Made by a program: the position numbers and the translations under genes. 64,000 bases of DNA, from positions 397,049 to 461,048 of the forward strand of contig NMRA01000360.1 in NCBI GenBank assembly GCA_002633005.1, in the 5' to 3' direction. Numbering within the stretch: position 1 is the first letter of the stretch; the number at the start of each line of letters is the position of its first letter. The notes below the pieces were generated by a model, which saw only the letters and a list, made by a program, of their open reading frames with translations, searched no databases and was not told the origin of the DNA. Shown here piece after piece: positions 11,801 through 26,800 of the stretch. This stretch comes from Phoronis australis (Eukaryota; Animalia; Phoronida).

Positions 11801-14800
11801 GCATCGTTTAAAAAACAACGCATTTGAGACATAAACGTAACGAGGCATCCAAAAAATCATGCTTTGCACTGTGATTAAGTGCAGAATGCATTGTTTTTAA
11901 AACCTAGACATAGGCTCATTTTTAAAATGCCGACTCCGTGAATAAGGTGTATTGCGATATTTTTGTGAACCATGTGGCAACAACATGTTGCACGAAGGCC
12001 AGGAAGTCTGGCTTAGCTCGTGTACAAGCGTGATTCTCGAGGCACCTTGGTGGCAGTAGTTGCTTCATTTTAAGCAAACTTGGATGCATGCACTGGTCTA
12101 GAGTTTGAAAAGTGGGGGTCCAAATTGGCAAGATAGACTCTATCCATATACGGAGACTCTGTATGAGGTCACTCTGACGTCACAGGACATTGAGGCATTC
12201 CTGCGAAAGACATGGCTACTGGCATTTGTCTATTGTCAGTGTGACGTCCATGGTAAAGATAGACGGTAATGAATAGTCTGTTGTCTCGATACAGCAACAA
12301 GAAATTATGTGTTTCAATAAAATCTATGAACAAGAAAGGTTACAATTCTCCATTTAATCATTGTGTTCTCTGAGTTTGTCTTGAAACTGGCTCTATTTTC
12401 TCTTATGGATGTACCATCCAAGCCACCATTTTTTAAAGCTGACTGTCCCAATGACGGCCATGAGTCCCTGCTTGGATGTTCCTGTTTGCTCATATTTCAT
12501 GTGTTACCCATGATTCAGTGGAGTTAACTGTACGAATATTATACTTCATGTGCAGGAGGACAAGTCGTTACTGGACTAACCCCTGTACACATCATGTGTT
12601 AAGATGTTGAAAGTTATTTTTGTCTCTGCCACCATTTTACTAGGATTTTAAGCATTGACACTTGTTCATCATATTTTTTGCTGAATAGAATAAGGCATTA
12701 TAATTCAATTCAGGATATTGTTGCCATGGTAATGACTGTTAACTACCTGTATCANGTACAGAAGTGTCAGTAGCTATTGGCCAATGTCACTACCAAGGTC
12801 GCGTGAACAGATACCATGAAGTTTGAGAAGTGTAGGCGATGTGGTTCCAATTTTTTTATCACTTGCACTAGCCTGAGTTAACGGGTGAAGTGTTGTAATA
12901 ACAAAAAGTCATGTTTGCAAAGTATCAGTGTTCTCCACAGCCTGTTTCGACTCATTGCAGTACTGTAACGAGTTTGGATTTTGATGCATAAAAAATCATA
13001 GGAAATTAAAATAGTTAATTTTTTTAGCAAATTAGCATACTTTGAGCATTTGACTCCACAATATGGACAAGGATTTTTGAACATTATGTAGCCATCATCA
13101 ATTTGAATTTTCTGTTGTGGAGAACACTGATATGTAACCTGATCTTTGCTCGTAAAATCAGGGAAGTTGAACATTTTAAAGGCATGCATCGTTTAAAAAA
13201 CAACGAATTTGAGACATAAACGTAACGAGGCATCCAAAAAATCATGCTTTACGATGTGATTAAGTGCAGAATGCATTGTTTTTAAAATCTAGACATAGGC
13301 TCATTTTTAAAATGACGACTCCGTGAATAAGGTGTATTGCGATATTTTTGTGAACCATGTGGCAACAACGTGTTGCACGAAGGACAGGAAGTGTGGCATG
13401 GCTCATTTACAAGCGTGATTCTCGGGTTACCTTGGTGGCAGTAGTTGCTTCGTTTTAAGCAAACTTGGATGCATGCTCTGGTCTAGAATTTGGGGGCCCA
13501 AATTGGCAAGATAGACTCTCTCCATATAAGGAGACTCAGTATGAGGTCACTCTGACGTCACAGGACATTGAGGCATTCCTGGGAAAAACATGACTACTGG
13601 CATTTGTCTATTGTCAGTGTGACGTCCATGGTAAAGATAGACGGTAATGAATAGTCTGTTGTCTCGATACAGCAACAAGAAATTATGTGTTTCAATAAAA
13701 TCTACAGAACAAGAAAGGTTACAATTCTCCATTTAATCATTGTGTTCTCTGAGTTTGTCTTGAAACTGGCTCTATTTTCTCTTATGGATGTACCATCCAA
13801 GCCACCATTTTTTAAAGCTGACTGTCCCAATGACGGCCATGAGTCCCTGCTTGGATGTTCCTGTTTGCTCATATTTCATGTGTTACCCATGATTCAGTGG
13901 AGTTAACTGTACGAATATTATACTTCATGTGCAGGAGGACAAGTCGTTACTGGACTAACCCCTGTACACATCATGTGTTAAGATGTTGAAAGTTATTTTT
14001 GTCTCTGCCACCATTTTACTAGGATTTTAAGCATTGACACTTGTTCATCATATTTTTTGCTGAATAGAATAAGGCATTATAATTCAATTCAGGATATTGT
14101 TGCCATGGTAATGACTGTTAACTACCTGTATCATCCTTGCTCATTATGTGGCTATTTTTCGAAGAATTATTGGTAAAAATAAAATTTGTTCTAGCAAAGT
14201 CGCTACGAAAGGGGGTGCTTTTGAAATGAAAACATTGTGTTTGTTCCAAATAAGTAAAAACCTACCAGTTACAGTTGATGTGAAATTAAAATATTACCGA
14301 TTTATGGTGTTTTTGATTCATGAATTTGTTGCAGTTGGTATTATGGCAATGTTCTGCCTAAGAATGTACTTGTACGCGAACCAAACATCCATGTGTTATC
14401 TGCAATGAATTTATTCTGCGTTGCAGTCTTATTTCGCAACTGGTAACTCCATGTGACCCATAGTGCTTGAGATCTGGATAGCGAAAACTTATATTTTTAG
14501 CTTTGTTCCAACATGCCATTAATTTGGTCTCGCGACCAGTGTCTTTTTAGTAAAATTTTGAAAACGGAATATTTATAGCAAAAACAATGGTATCAGTAAC
14601 ATAACCAAATATCTATTATAATCAGTTTGAAATCTCTATAACACTGCTGCAGTTTTATATATTTAATTTTCAGTTGATGCAACTTTTGAGTTTTGTTATA
14701 AAATCAGAAAAGCCTTATTTTTGTAGTACCTCATGCAGAAGTGGAACTTAAACAGTTCTTGATGGCAATCTATACTAATGGTTATAAATCTGAACCCGCA

Positions 14801-17800
14801 GTACATGTTCCCACACCTGATCTTAAATTTACTTTGAACTTGGTTTGAGCATAATTTTGAGTCTCTAAAAGAGAGCCTTTTTTATGTTGAGACTGACGTA
14901 TGTTGACACTGGCGTACGTTACATACTGTTTCTAGAAAGAACCAGTAACTAAGTGACTTCTTTCTAAGTGACTTTTGATGTGAAAATGAAGTTGTGTACT
15001 AGCACCTATAGTGAGTGATGTTCTTCGCCTTATCTAGGGTTGCCAACGACTTTTATGAGCAAGGATTACAAGGCCCCCTCTGAGCCACAGTGCATCTTGG
15101 AGTTACTGTGTACGAAACATGACGGCATTGTGTTGGAGGCCAAGGGTATAAAAGAACACTGGTGGAAACCTCACATTAAGAAGTTGTTCGAAAAGAAGGT
15201 AGGAATTGATGGCCACGGTTGTCTCTATGAGACTTGCCGGGTGACAACAATTGTTTCCATGAGGAGATATCATTGTTATTGGACAATCGGCACTGTTGCT
15301 GTTTGAGCGACCAAGCCTTGCTATTATATGACGTGTATCCGCTTATAAAATTTGACGTTCCTGTGTGAGTTCTGGGTTCACTAAGGTCATAAACTAGGTG
15401 TGAGCTAAGATGATGGTAGTCTCCTGGTGCGAGTGGCTCATGAGGTTTTTTATAATTGTTATATGAAGCAATGAATGTAGATTGGATGGGAACACTTGTT
15501 AAAGCTGCTGTAAACCCGGGTTCCTTTTATAGAGAAAGAGACTTTAGATTCCACCATTTTTTCCTAGCAGCATGATGATATCTTATTTTTGTGTCTTGTG
15601 AAGAGTTGTCAGTTTGTAATTGTTTCACTCCGCATTCTCATCACAGAAAGTGACCCATTGTGACCTGTAGAGCCTCCTTCTCAGGCAGTAATGACCTGCC
15701 AGTTGTTTCCAAACCCAGGGGTCCATGACAGTGACTAAGACAGAAATTCAGTCTTCCACTCCCAATTCACAACTACTGATTAAAGGCTTAGCTGGGTAAT
15801 CACTAGCACATCACCTCCTAATAATTTACATACAAAGTATCTCAGTAACTAGAAGTTAAGGGTATATTCTATGAGATGCTGCATTTTTCATGAAATGAGA
15901 TTTCATGATTTTTCAGAAATAGTTTGGAGCGTAAGACCAAACTTCTGACAGAACCCAGAAGTCTCCATTTAGTTGAGTCAAGTTAAGTTAGTTTTTTGAC
16001 GAAAGACCAGTTTACTGCAGCAACAAGTTTTTATATAGTGTTTTAACCAGGAAATATCCGAAATGCAGCAGTCTTAGCATTACCCAAGGTTATAAAACAG
16101 ACCTCGGCTTATTGAAATCTCATCTCTTTTGGGAACTACTATGAAGTATGAAGTATAGGTTATTAATGAAGTAGGTTATCTAATGAAGTAGGTTATTACA
16201 CCATTGGTGTGATGTAGTGGTGGTTATTATCTTTTAGTTAAAACTGAATTTACTACCTCTTAAGTACTGTGTTATAAATGTGATCTGTTCTCCTTTTTTA
16301 AATTACAAAACTGTTAAAGCTAACTTGCTCAGTTCACCCACTACAGTACTATACTGGATGGAACATTAAGACGGTGCAGCCTATGCAAATGTATTTTCCT
16401 GTTACATTAAAGGCCCATTTGACCATTTGAAAGATTTTAATATTATCCCGCTTAGCTGTATTAATCTCTTTGATGGTATTGTACTCGTATATTCTTATCT
16501 ACATAAAGTGCTGTATATGTGCGTATCTTATGGACGTGACTGTGCTGGTTGGCTTCTCTAAATATGTTGGGAACGTTCAAACCTATTGGGATATTTATCT
16601 ATTGAAGAGGTTTTAACAAAGTTTCCCAGGAACTCTAAGACAGTGTTGAATAAGGAGCTAATTTGGCTTCATAATGGAACTTGTTTGCCATCCAGTGAAT
16701 GGGTCTTTCGTTGTCTTTTGTAAAATTAACATAAGGTGTGTATTGGTTGCTTTTTGTTGGCAGAATTAGATTGAGTGAGTTGAGCTGAAAGGCGTTGAAG
16801 CTGATTTTGTGGTTCGCCCAGACAGGCAATCCTATTTGGGGGTCACTTGTATGGGTATAATGCATAAGAACTGTTAGTCCACAGAGAAAGAACTGCAGCA
16901 TAACTCCTTTTGGCATATTGTCTGTGGGATTAATTATGATGTGAAGCAATGTGTCTGAAAGCTGGTGTTTAATATGCCCAGACTTGTACAGTCCTATCCA
17001 GGGTCTCAGTCAACTGGTCTCTCTGACTGGTTTTATCTTAGAAAAACATCTTCTTGGGGAGCAGTTCTTTGTCTACAGTTGTGCATGCTCAGGCAGGTCA
17101 TTCTGTTAAGCCTGGAGACTGGCAGCTGTTGTTGGTCTTGCTTATTGGGTTTGTGCAGTTTGGTGGTTTAGTTTGGGTGTCTAGTATCTGGAAGATTGAG
17201 TGCAACCTGTTGGGCTTTAGTGCATACTGGGACAATATTTTAGCAGATGTAAGTACTTGTTTTATAAGTGATGTTTGAGTGTCTAGTATGGAGGATTGAG
17301 TGCTACCTGTTGGGCTTTAGTGCGTACTGTGACAATATTTTAGCATGTGTAAGTCCTCCTTTTATAAGTAATGTTTGAGTGTCTAGTATCTGTAGGATTG
17401 AGTGCATTGTTTACAATCCGACTCCATTAACGTACATACTTAATACTACTATTTTCTGAATCCTTTAGTAATGGTGATTCCAAAAATGTATTACTTGTAC
17501 TGATTGGTCGATTATTATTCACAATTTCCAATCTTTTCCAAAGCGTTCATTTGCAACTCGGATTTAGTGAGGCAGCCATTTTTAAAATTTCGACACCTGT
17601 CGGCAGGATTGATAACTAACGGTTAACCGCGAGATGTCAAGTGTTTTTGAGGAAGACATTTGTCCGCGAGAAGACACACTCGTGTTTTTTCTAATAAGTT
17701 TTGAAGAGGGAATCCTTTATAAATGACTATTACTGTTTTTTACTCAGAGTTTCCCTAACAATTGCCACGCGGTATCTCCAACATACTAGTCAATTTTGGG

Positions 17801-20800
17801 GTCTTTTTGACACATGCATGATCGTTGTAGTTATCATTCCTGCCGACAGATGTCGCAGTTTTATAATGGCGGTCACTCGAGATCGGCTGTGGCAAATGAA
17901 CACCTTGTAAAAACGGTGAATGGATGAATAAAAAGAGCCTAATTGGTACGAGTAATACATTTTTGGAATCACCATGATCACCCTGACTAGAGGATTCAGA
18001 AAATGTTATTATCAAGTATGTACGTTAATGGAGTCGGATTGTAAACAATAACCCAATATTTTAGCAGGTGTAAGTACTCGTTTTATAAGTGATGTTTGAG
18101 TGTGTAGTATCTGGAGGATTGAGTGCAACCTGATGGGCTTTAGTGCATACTGTGACAATATGTTTAGCAGGTGTAAGTACTCGTGATGTTTTCACCATGA
18201 TGTTTTAAAATCATTTTAACTCTCAGGTATGGTGGTTAATTTTGCCCATGTGGAAAAAGTTGTTCAGGGGTCAGTACAGCGACCCTTGATCTCCAGCTCA
18301 TGAGTTTGTTTTGTGGTGTGTTGTGGGGAGAGTTGATACCAAATGTAAAGATCCTGGTTTCCTGTGATAACAGGAAATCAGGATGGAATTCACGGAATCT
18401 GACCCAGTGTTCTTTTATGCCCTTTCCCTCATCTCGAAAACTAACGTTTTTGCAGAAGTGATTCCAACCTTGAAGGGAATTTTTTAGTCGTTTGAGGGGT
18501 TTGGTCAGGTGAGGGTGTTTCGCATAGCTTTTAGATATTTTTCATAAGGGGACCAAAATCGAGGCAATGAGGGCCCAGGTAAAGTCTGCTTTGCATTCTG
18601 GATATCTGTCATACAAAAATGCTCAATTACCCTCTGCTTTAAATTCAAAGAATAAAACTCCTTTGTGTGAACAGCTGTGGATTTTTCTTTGCATTCCAGG
18701 TCCGGAATTCTCAGTTTGTTCCGCAGTCCTAGCCCTATTGTACACTTTTCTGTAGTAACCCCTAAAAGGTTCTTGATATATTTAACCCAACAGTTTGTGC
18801 TAAATAGGCTTAGCAGGCCCTATAAATATTCTCTATAAAATGTTAGCTATTGTATGCCTAATAGTTTTAAAATATTGTTGTTTGTTCATGCCAGTAACTA
18901 TTGGTCTGCTTTGTGTGCATGGTTGAAGGTGATTGTTGTTTTTGTAAGAAAACACTCTGTGGTTCTATGAGGATTTATTAGCTAGGTTTATTTAGTTTTA
19001 CCAGGGCAAAGTTTGCAGTTGTGTAGAGTTGTAAGATAATACTTTCTGGAGCAGAAACCTTGACACGTTTAGGGAATTGTTTGGTGTGAAGTAGGTACAT
19101 ATTGTTAGGTGCTAGAGTTTGTTATCAAAACTATGTTGTCCAGGAGCTTGGATTGAGGTGGCGCTGTGCACTATATCAAGCTGCAAGTTCTTAATTTGCC
19201 TGTAAGAAAGAAATGTGGAAGTTAGGCACCTTGTGATCTTTGTTGTCCTTGTACTGCAGGGATCTACGTATATTGAGGTTGTAAATGTTAATTAGTACTT
19301 TTGAGCTGTTCTGCAGTGAAAGAAGGATGGAAGTATCTAAACCCTTTGTAGAGTGGACAATCTAAACATGTCTCATTGATTTGGCTTGGATGTTTTGTTC
19401 GTGTGTGTGGGTAGAAGTTGACTGGTATGAGTGATCGTGCTTGAAAGTATATTTACTAAACATTTGCCTTCCATTATGCTTGGCTTGTATTTTCAATTAA
19501 GTAGTTATTTTAGTCTCTGGTAAGTGATGGTTCATGTCTGATTTTCATTTATTAGTTGAATTTCAAAAACATGACAAACCGTTTGAATTAGAAAGTTCTG
19601 CTAACACGGCCAAAATAAATTAAAATTCCTTTGAGTTTCGTTGGGGAAACTTCATGACTTAATTGATCGCAATCTGACCATCAGGTGGCATACCTGCTGG
19701 TTCTCTAAGGATGGGTCATACGGGGAATTTATGGAAATAGCTAGACCCACCCAAAAGTATACCCTGAGCCGTATTTTCGGTAACTGCATGTTTGGAAAAT
19801 CTGATGGATTGTTCTGAAATACGCTTTCAATATGTTTCGATGTAAAATTTTGACAATGCGTTATGAGACCAATTATTTAACATTATGGGGTGACATTATG
19901 GGGTGACATTGTCGCTAACAGACCACATAAGTACAGTATGAAGAACAATTTTAATGACATAATTTCCAAAAATATGCCCCTCTTTTCCAAAATTGCACAT
20001 ATATTTAATTTCAGTTTTATTTCACGTTTTTGAAACGTCATTTTCCGCATGTACGCCCATGGGCCTATTTTTGGAAATTCGAGGTAAATATGACAAAAGT
20101 AAATAGCAACATCCCTCATCTTCATTCACAACGTCGTCATTCTGCCTGATGGTGCCCGCTTCCTTAACCAGGGCTTGGAATTTTCCGCGGAAACGCGGAT
20201 TTCCGCTTTTTTCAAATGTTCTTTCCGCGTATTTTATTATATTTCCGCGTAAAAAAAATCGGATTTGATATAAAATTTCCGCGGCAAATGTCTTTCTTAC
20301 CGCCGCGTTGCTGACGACTTTCACCTCGAAAAGCGGAAGTTGCTCTTTATGTTTCGGAGGAGCGTAAATTGTCAACATTGCCGGGGCATCTGGGATAGCA
20401 TGCGGCATGGCGGCTCGTGTGACTGTAAACCGCGGTGACAAATACTACGACTCTGTAGCCAAAAAATGTTTGAAGGTGGGAGTGGTAGACGAGCTAAGAC
20501 AGACGCAGACGCACGCTTCCAGAGGTGGTACCGTTTATTTTTTTTTTAGTCCTCGATTTTGGTCGGCAAAAGGTCCACACCGACTGCTGGCTGCACGCAT
20601 GTTTCGGGCCGTAAAAATTTCCGCGTTTTTCGCCATTGGTCATTCCAAGCCCAGCTTAACATCCGATTTCTTTTTATTACAGGTGCTGAAAGGAGGCAAG
20701 GTTGAGAACTTGTCAGGTGTTTTAGAACTGAACAACTTTGAGGTCAACAGGTAAGATAGTGTACTTCTTATGTTAATGTTTGTTCCTATTGTGAAAAACA

Positions 20801-23800
20801 CGGTGCTGTGCGCTGCCCGAATAGTACTTGAAAGTTGTTGCTTTTGAGGATCACCGCAGTAGTAATATAAATGGCTCTTTCTGAGTTTCTGTTGTTTTTG
20901 CCAAAAACAGCTGGTGACAGACTTTAAATGCAAAGCATTACCACAAGTTGTTATTCTGTTGATACCTAGGAAGAACAATTGTCAAGTTGGGTCGCAACTT
21001 TGACCTGTATGAAGTAGTAATATTATGCCACACAAATGCTCAGAATAAATGCTGATTCTTCCTAGATTAGCGCATTTAGTTTATTTTTATATTTATTTAT
21101 TTTTCTTTTGATGTCGTGTGCATTTCAGCATGGGCTTGGAATTGGGGGTAACGTGTCCTGAAAACCCAAAAGTGGTGATTTTTGGGGGAAAATAGCCACC
21201 AAATGTCGCTCCATCTCAAAATTTTCTTGATTATTATCTGGTTCAATTGAATGTTTTGCAAACGATGTAACGTGGCATTTAGAAAATTAACATAAATTGG
21301 CTGTTTATTATTATTTGTTGAATAGACGTGTTTTCTTATTGATTCAGCAAAGCGATAAACAATGCGTACGAAGAGTATGTGTTGAGTGTGGGTGACTTTG
21401 ACGAGCGTGTGTTCCTGGGCGAGGACGCTAGTGAGGAGATCGGCACCCCTGCCAAGTTTGCACCTGCCGCCACAGGGGACTTGTCGGACGAGATGGCCGT
21501 GAAGAAGAACCTGCAGCTACATATGGAGAAGGTATGATGGTGACAAAGTCGCTTGTCTCTGCTGTAGTTTAGATGTGTGGTTTGTAGTATGCACCAAAGA
21601 TTTTCACACGTGAATCCCGGGCTTATTTGGTCGAGGATATCTTTCAGGACTAAAAGCCGACTGCAAATATACGCCTAGGCTAGTAGCTGCTATTTGTTTT
21701 CACCTCTTTTCAATGAGGCCCTTGTCAATGCACAGCACCACTTTCCATAATTGAACTCTTGGAAACATTCCCTGTAAGTAATCACTCGTTTCCAAGAACT
21801 CTAGGCAACTGACATCATAAACATTGTCTAATGAGTGAGTGATGGGTGAGGTACTGTGTACTTTGAGCACTGCTTACATCATCACAAAGTACGATAGAGA
21901 TCAAAAGACTGGCTGTTTCAAGGATATGTGTGTGTCACTTTGTTCACAATTCAAAAAAACTGCCAACACTTTACACTGTCTTCACTTTCAGACGACCGTC
22001 CTTGGTAAGTCTACACCTCTGACTGGAAGGAGGTATCTGAGGGACAGTGACAGGAACAATGTGACCCCCGTTTCCACGGCAACACAAGGGGTTGCGCGTC
22101 TACAAGCGCTGTTGAGTGGCTGTAGGAGGTCGCCTAGCGATAACCTAATGGAGATATTCAAGTAAGTGGGGGTTGCAGGAAACTACTCACCTGCTGAGGT
22201 ACTACCTCTTGAACTTTGAACTCCTCCTTTGTAGGCACATTGGTTTACCAATTAACACTGGCATTCATTTTTGTTTTCAATAGGTTTACAAAAATTACCT
22301 AATCTATTCAAACTCATTCTTTTTCAAACTTCTGTTTTTTGCACTTCAAGTGTGGTTTCAGATGGGAATTCTACACAGAATTTTAACATATATTTTGGGA
22401 TTGCACATTTCTTAAGCCTTTTTGGAACAGAATAGCTGAATATTATATTCACGCACAAAAACGTCGATATATCGATAGTTTTCAAACTGTTACATTTGGT
22501 GAAACTGGAAAAGGGAATAAACTGTTTAATGTTATCGTTCTTTTGACCAAACAGCATATGTACTGTAGAAAGCTGAAACTAAAGCTTCCAACTATAACAC
22601 TTTTCAAAAAAGTATTAGAAACTTATTTCACATTCGAAAAATTTAATAATTGTAAAAATGGATTAGGTGACATATTTCTTCAAAGGTGGTCTGTTTTTTC
22701 CTCTTTAAAAAGAAACTACAGATGAGAAAAGTGCATTTGGTGTTTTTGGTTTGTGAAATGGAGTTTAGGGTGAAATGTGTGGATTGTGTGTGTGTGTGTG
22801 TGATGTGTCATTGGGGATTTCTGTCTTTGTACTGTGTTATTATTATTGTTATTATTATTGTCATAAAAAGTGTTTCTGAAACTGAACTAGCACTGGGTAC
22901 ATCAGTCATTTTGTGACCACTTTCATCAATGTTCTTTCATAAGGATAAAAGCTCATAAGAGAACACCAAATTACCAAACATGTTCCACTGAATGTGTGCA
23001 TTATAAATTATGTTCCTTTGTTAAATTTCGTGGAATTGTAGGTTCTTTTTTTGAGTAATTTATTGAGAAATTGTTATTAGCTGGGGTTCCGCGTTTTGAG
23101 AACCAGTTTGATGCCTTTATTCAGCGGAGAAGACTGATTCTCAAAAGGTAGGACCCCTGTAGGTGATTATCACCATTTCTTCAATACTTTTTTGTGACGT
23201 AATTCAGGGCTGATTATCAACTCAACAAAAACTTCCCTTCAGGAGGTTCACGCCCTTTTCCCCTCAGGTGAACGATGGCCCTAAGTTGCTTTAATTTTCC
23301 CATGAATATTCAAGTATTTATGAAGAGTGAAAACCGTACTAGTCTCAGTTTGTCTTAATTTTCCCATGAATATTCGGGTGTTAATTGAGTGTTTGCAATA
23401 ATCACACTAGGCTGCCGAAGCAATCGTAAGAGGCATGTAGAACATTCATTCCCGGCTTGCCCGCTTTCCTCTAATGTTTCAGTATAATTTTCTATTTGTC
23501 GTCACCACCTTTATTCTATTTCGTCTTTTGTCAGAAATGATTGTTCCCGCAATCCATTTGATGCCATTACGGCACTGGTGTCACAGGCGGGCGAAACATT
23601 CTGCGAGCGTTTTGCTCAGCCGTCGGAAGACCACCCGGGGTCGCACATCGATTTCGCCAGGCAGAGGCTACAGCTTGGTGAGAGTCTCTACTACAAAACG
23701 TTAGAGAATATTCTGATGTCCGAGAAGAAGAGGCTAGCCAATGGGAATCAAAAGATTGACTTGTCGGTGAGTGTTGACGCATTTTACTTTACATCCAGAT

Positions 23801-26800
23801 TTTAAGCTTGGATCTGATAATTTGAAACAGGAATTCGTGGAAAATGCAGTTAAATTTCAGTTAATTCCAACTGGCAATAAAATTTGCTGAACTCTGATAT
23901 CATTGGTTTCTTACAATAGCCTACTGTTGAGTGTCTCTGAAATGCTAATTTCTGATCCTTGCTAGGCATTTTCTAAACAACAACTGCATCATACATCACC
24001 AGATATGTAAATTGTAGATTTCTCCTTTCATTACTGTTATTACCATATTAACAATAACAAAAATTCCTGTGTTTTGTCTGGACAATAGAAGGCCTGGGAA
24101 TTACTAAAGTGGTTTTTGTCCGTGGAAATCGTGTGGAAACATTTGTTTGCTTTATTTCAGAATCTCCTTGAGCATGACGTCTTCCACAAGTCTTTGCTCG
24201 CCTGCTGCTTAGAGATTGTCATATTTTCCTACAACTCACAGAGGTAAGACGCATGTCATACCCGTCTTTCAGTTTCATTTTTTGTACACAGTTTTGACTC
24301 TTACATGTATGTCGTGTTTTCGATGTCTTTTTGCTAAAAATGTTAGTACAGCAGCAACGGTTTTTTGATTTTTCCTTCACTCGAAATAAAGTAAAAGTTT
24401 CTTTTTAACTACACAATGACTGAGTCATTGTGGAATGCAGATTGTGCCTGTCATTTCGTTTGGTCAAAAGAAGTGAAAGTAGACAAGATGAACGCCTTTT
24501 ACTGAGTAATGTAGAATGCTTTTCTATTGTTTCCTGCTTGGTTGCATAATACGTGTAAACAACAATGAACTCTGAAAAATATAACCACGGATTTTTATTT
24601 TAAAGCTGCATTTTGCTCTGATTTGTTGGCTGAAAAGAAAAATCAAATTAGGCCTTTTAATCTATGAAATCGGTCTCATGATATACCTTACCTTAGTTGG
24701 ATTGTATTTCTGTTGCCAACAAAAAATCAAAACCATCAGCAACTAAAGAAAGTGCTTCGGAGTTCATTGGAGCTGGCCAACCCTAATATTGTGGAGTTGA
24801 AAATGGCATGTGTATCCATTGCCCTTGTGTCTTAAGTTATAGGCTCGTTTGGCAAAAATTCAACGTACGATGAGTATGGTGATGATTTCAAACCCCAAAA
24901 CGCGTAACTTGAGAGAAACACAGCTTAAAGCAAAGGCATCCTTAAAAATGATTACGTTCCCCTTTTAGTCATGTATTCAGCTAGTCACGTGGACGACTGA
25001 CCTACAGACACACCCATGCGGATGGTCTACCTTCTGCTGTCAGTCTATCCAAGATATTAAAAAGAGTAACCTTTATTCATTAGAGCCACCTGGGGAATGA
25101 AAAGTTTCCCATTACACCTGTCTTATCTCATTGCAGGATATTCCCGTGGATCGTGGAAGTCTTTGAGCTGGCCCCATACCATTTCTACAAGGTGATCGAG
25201 TTGCTCATTCGCTCAGAGGGGGAGCTTTGGAGAGAAGTTGTGAAGCATCTCAACTGTGTGAGTAGTAATACACAGGGATGCGGGTGGGAGTGGCGCGGGT
25301 GGGAGTGATGCGGGTCATATAGATCAATGGCAGTGTTGGATCATTACTGACAACTACTCAGAATTGTCCAACTTCGGTTCTTGGGTGAAGCTTTCCTGGA
25401 AATTTTCCTCATTTGAACTGAACTGAAATGGAATATCTGTGTCGTGTATGGTGCTAAATCAAGAAAAAGCAGATTGGGGCAATTGCTTTGTGCCTTCCAA
25501 CTCATTCATTAACGGTTTCTATCAAATCCAAGTGTGTCTATTTTGGCACAACAAGCAGGGTGTTAATATTGCTGCAAATAAGTATCAGTCGTATTCATAT
25601 TTGGTATTTTAGTCCTTTTTCATTGTACTCTAATCTCTTGTAATGGTCGAGATGAATGTTGTTCTGTATATTTTTGTGTTTTGCAAATTAAAAATATTTA
25701 TTTTGGGCCTATGTATGTATGAATACCTTAATGAATGTTTTCAGATATAAGTTCTCATTTAAGGATATCCAATTCCTGTGACAAATGGTCACTTTTTTTC
25801 CGTGCTTGATCAAATGGCTGTTTTCACTTTAGATTGAGGAGAGTATCCTAGACTCTCTGGCGTGGAAGTCTGATTCGCCATTATGGGTGACAGTCAACAT
25901 TGGAGGTGGGACGATACCACCATATGAGGAAGTGAGTCAACCTATTGTACTACTACTTTCAGTGTATGTCTTTAGGGGAAGTAGGTTGTTGAATTATCAA
26001 ATGGATGAGATTAAGTAAAAAAATGGTTCTTCATTAATATTGTATACTTAACTAATAATTTGTAAAAATCCAATCATTATTATTTTTTAAGATGTTTATG
26101 TGAAGATGCTCTCTGATATGAATTCAATGTGTCTTTAGGGGAAGTAGGTTGTTGAATTATCAAATGGATGAGATTAAGTAAAAAAATGGTTCTTCATTAA
26201 TATTGTATTCTTAACTAATAATTTGTAAAAATCCAATCATTATTATTTTTTAAGATGTTTATGTGAAGATGCTCTCTGATATGAATTCAATGTTTCAAGT
26301 TGCTCTACTCGATGAGGTTGTTGGCCTTGCTGTAGTTCCCTTTGTCTCCTCCAGGTGTCTCTACCCGACTCCAACACCAATGGGTCCAACCCATTACAGT
26401 CCCCAGTCCTACGTCATCCTGCCGTCAACAGACTGACCGGTGTTGATTCCAGGCAGAGCCTCATTATGAAGAAAGGTGAGTGCATAATTAAAATAGTTAG
26501 ACCTGCCCTCCATTGTAAGAACGAACTTTTGATTTAGGCCATTTTATGAAATAGGCCTCAAATTGTTTTTTATGCGCCCACCTATTTATATGTGGGTACA
26601 TATTGTCGTCATCTCTGTCTGGGCATCCGGCGTCTGCTGCTGTATCTCCTAAACCCTTTGCGGGATCTTATTGAAATTTGGCTGGTGTGTTCCTAGGGGG
26701 TTGAGGACAGAGGGCAACAAGTTTCAGACCAACCTGAATACCGCTGTGCCTCCTAGTGGGAATTTCAGTTTTTTACGTTTGCCTCTGTATTGTCAAAATT

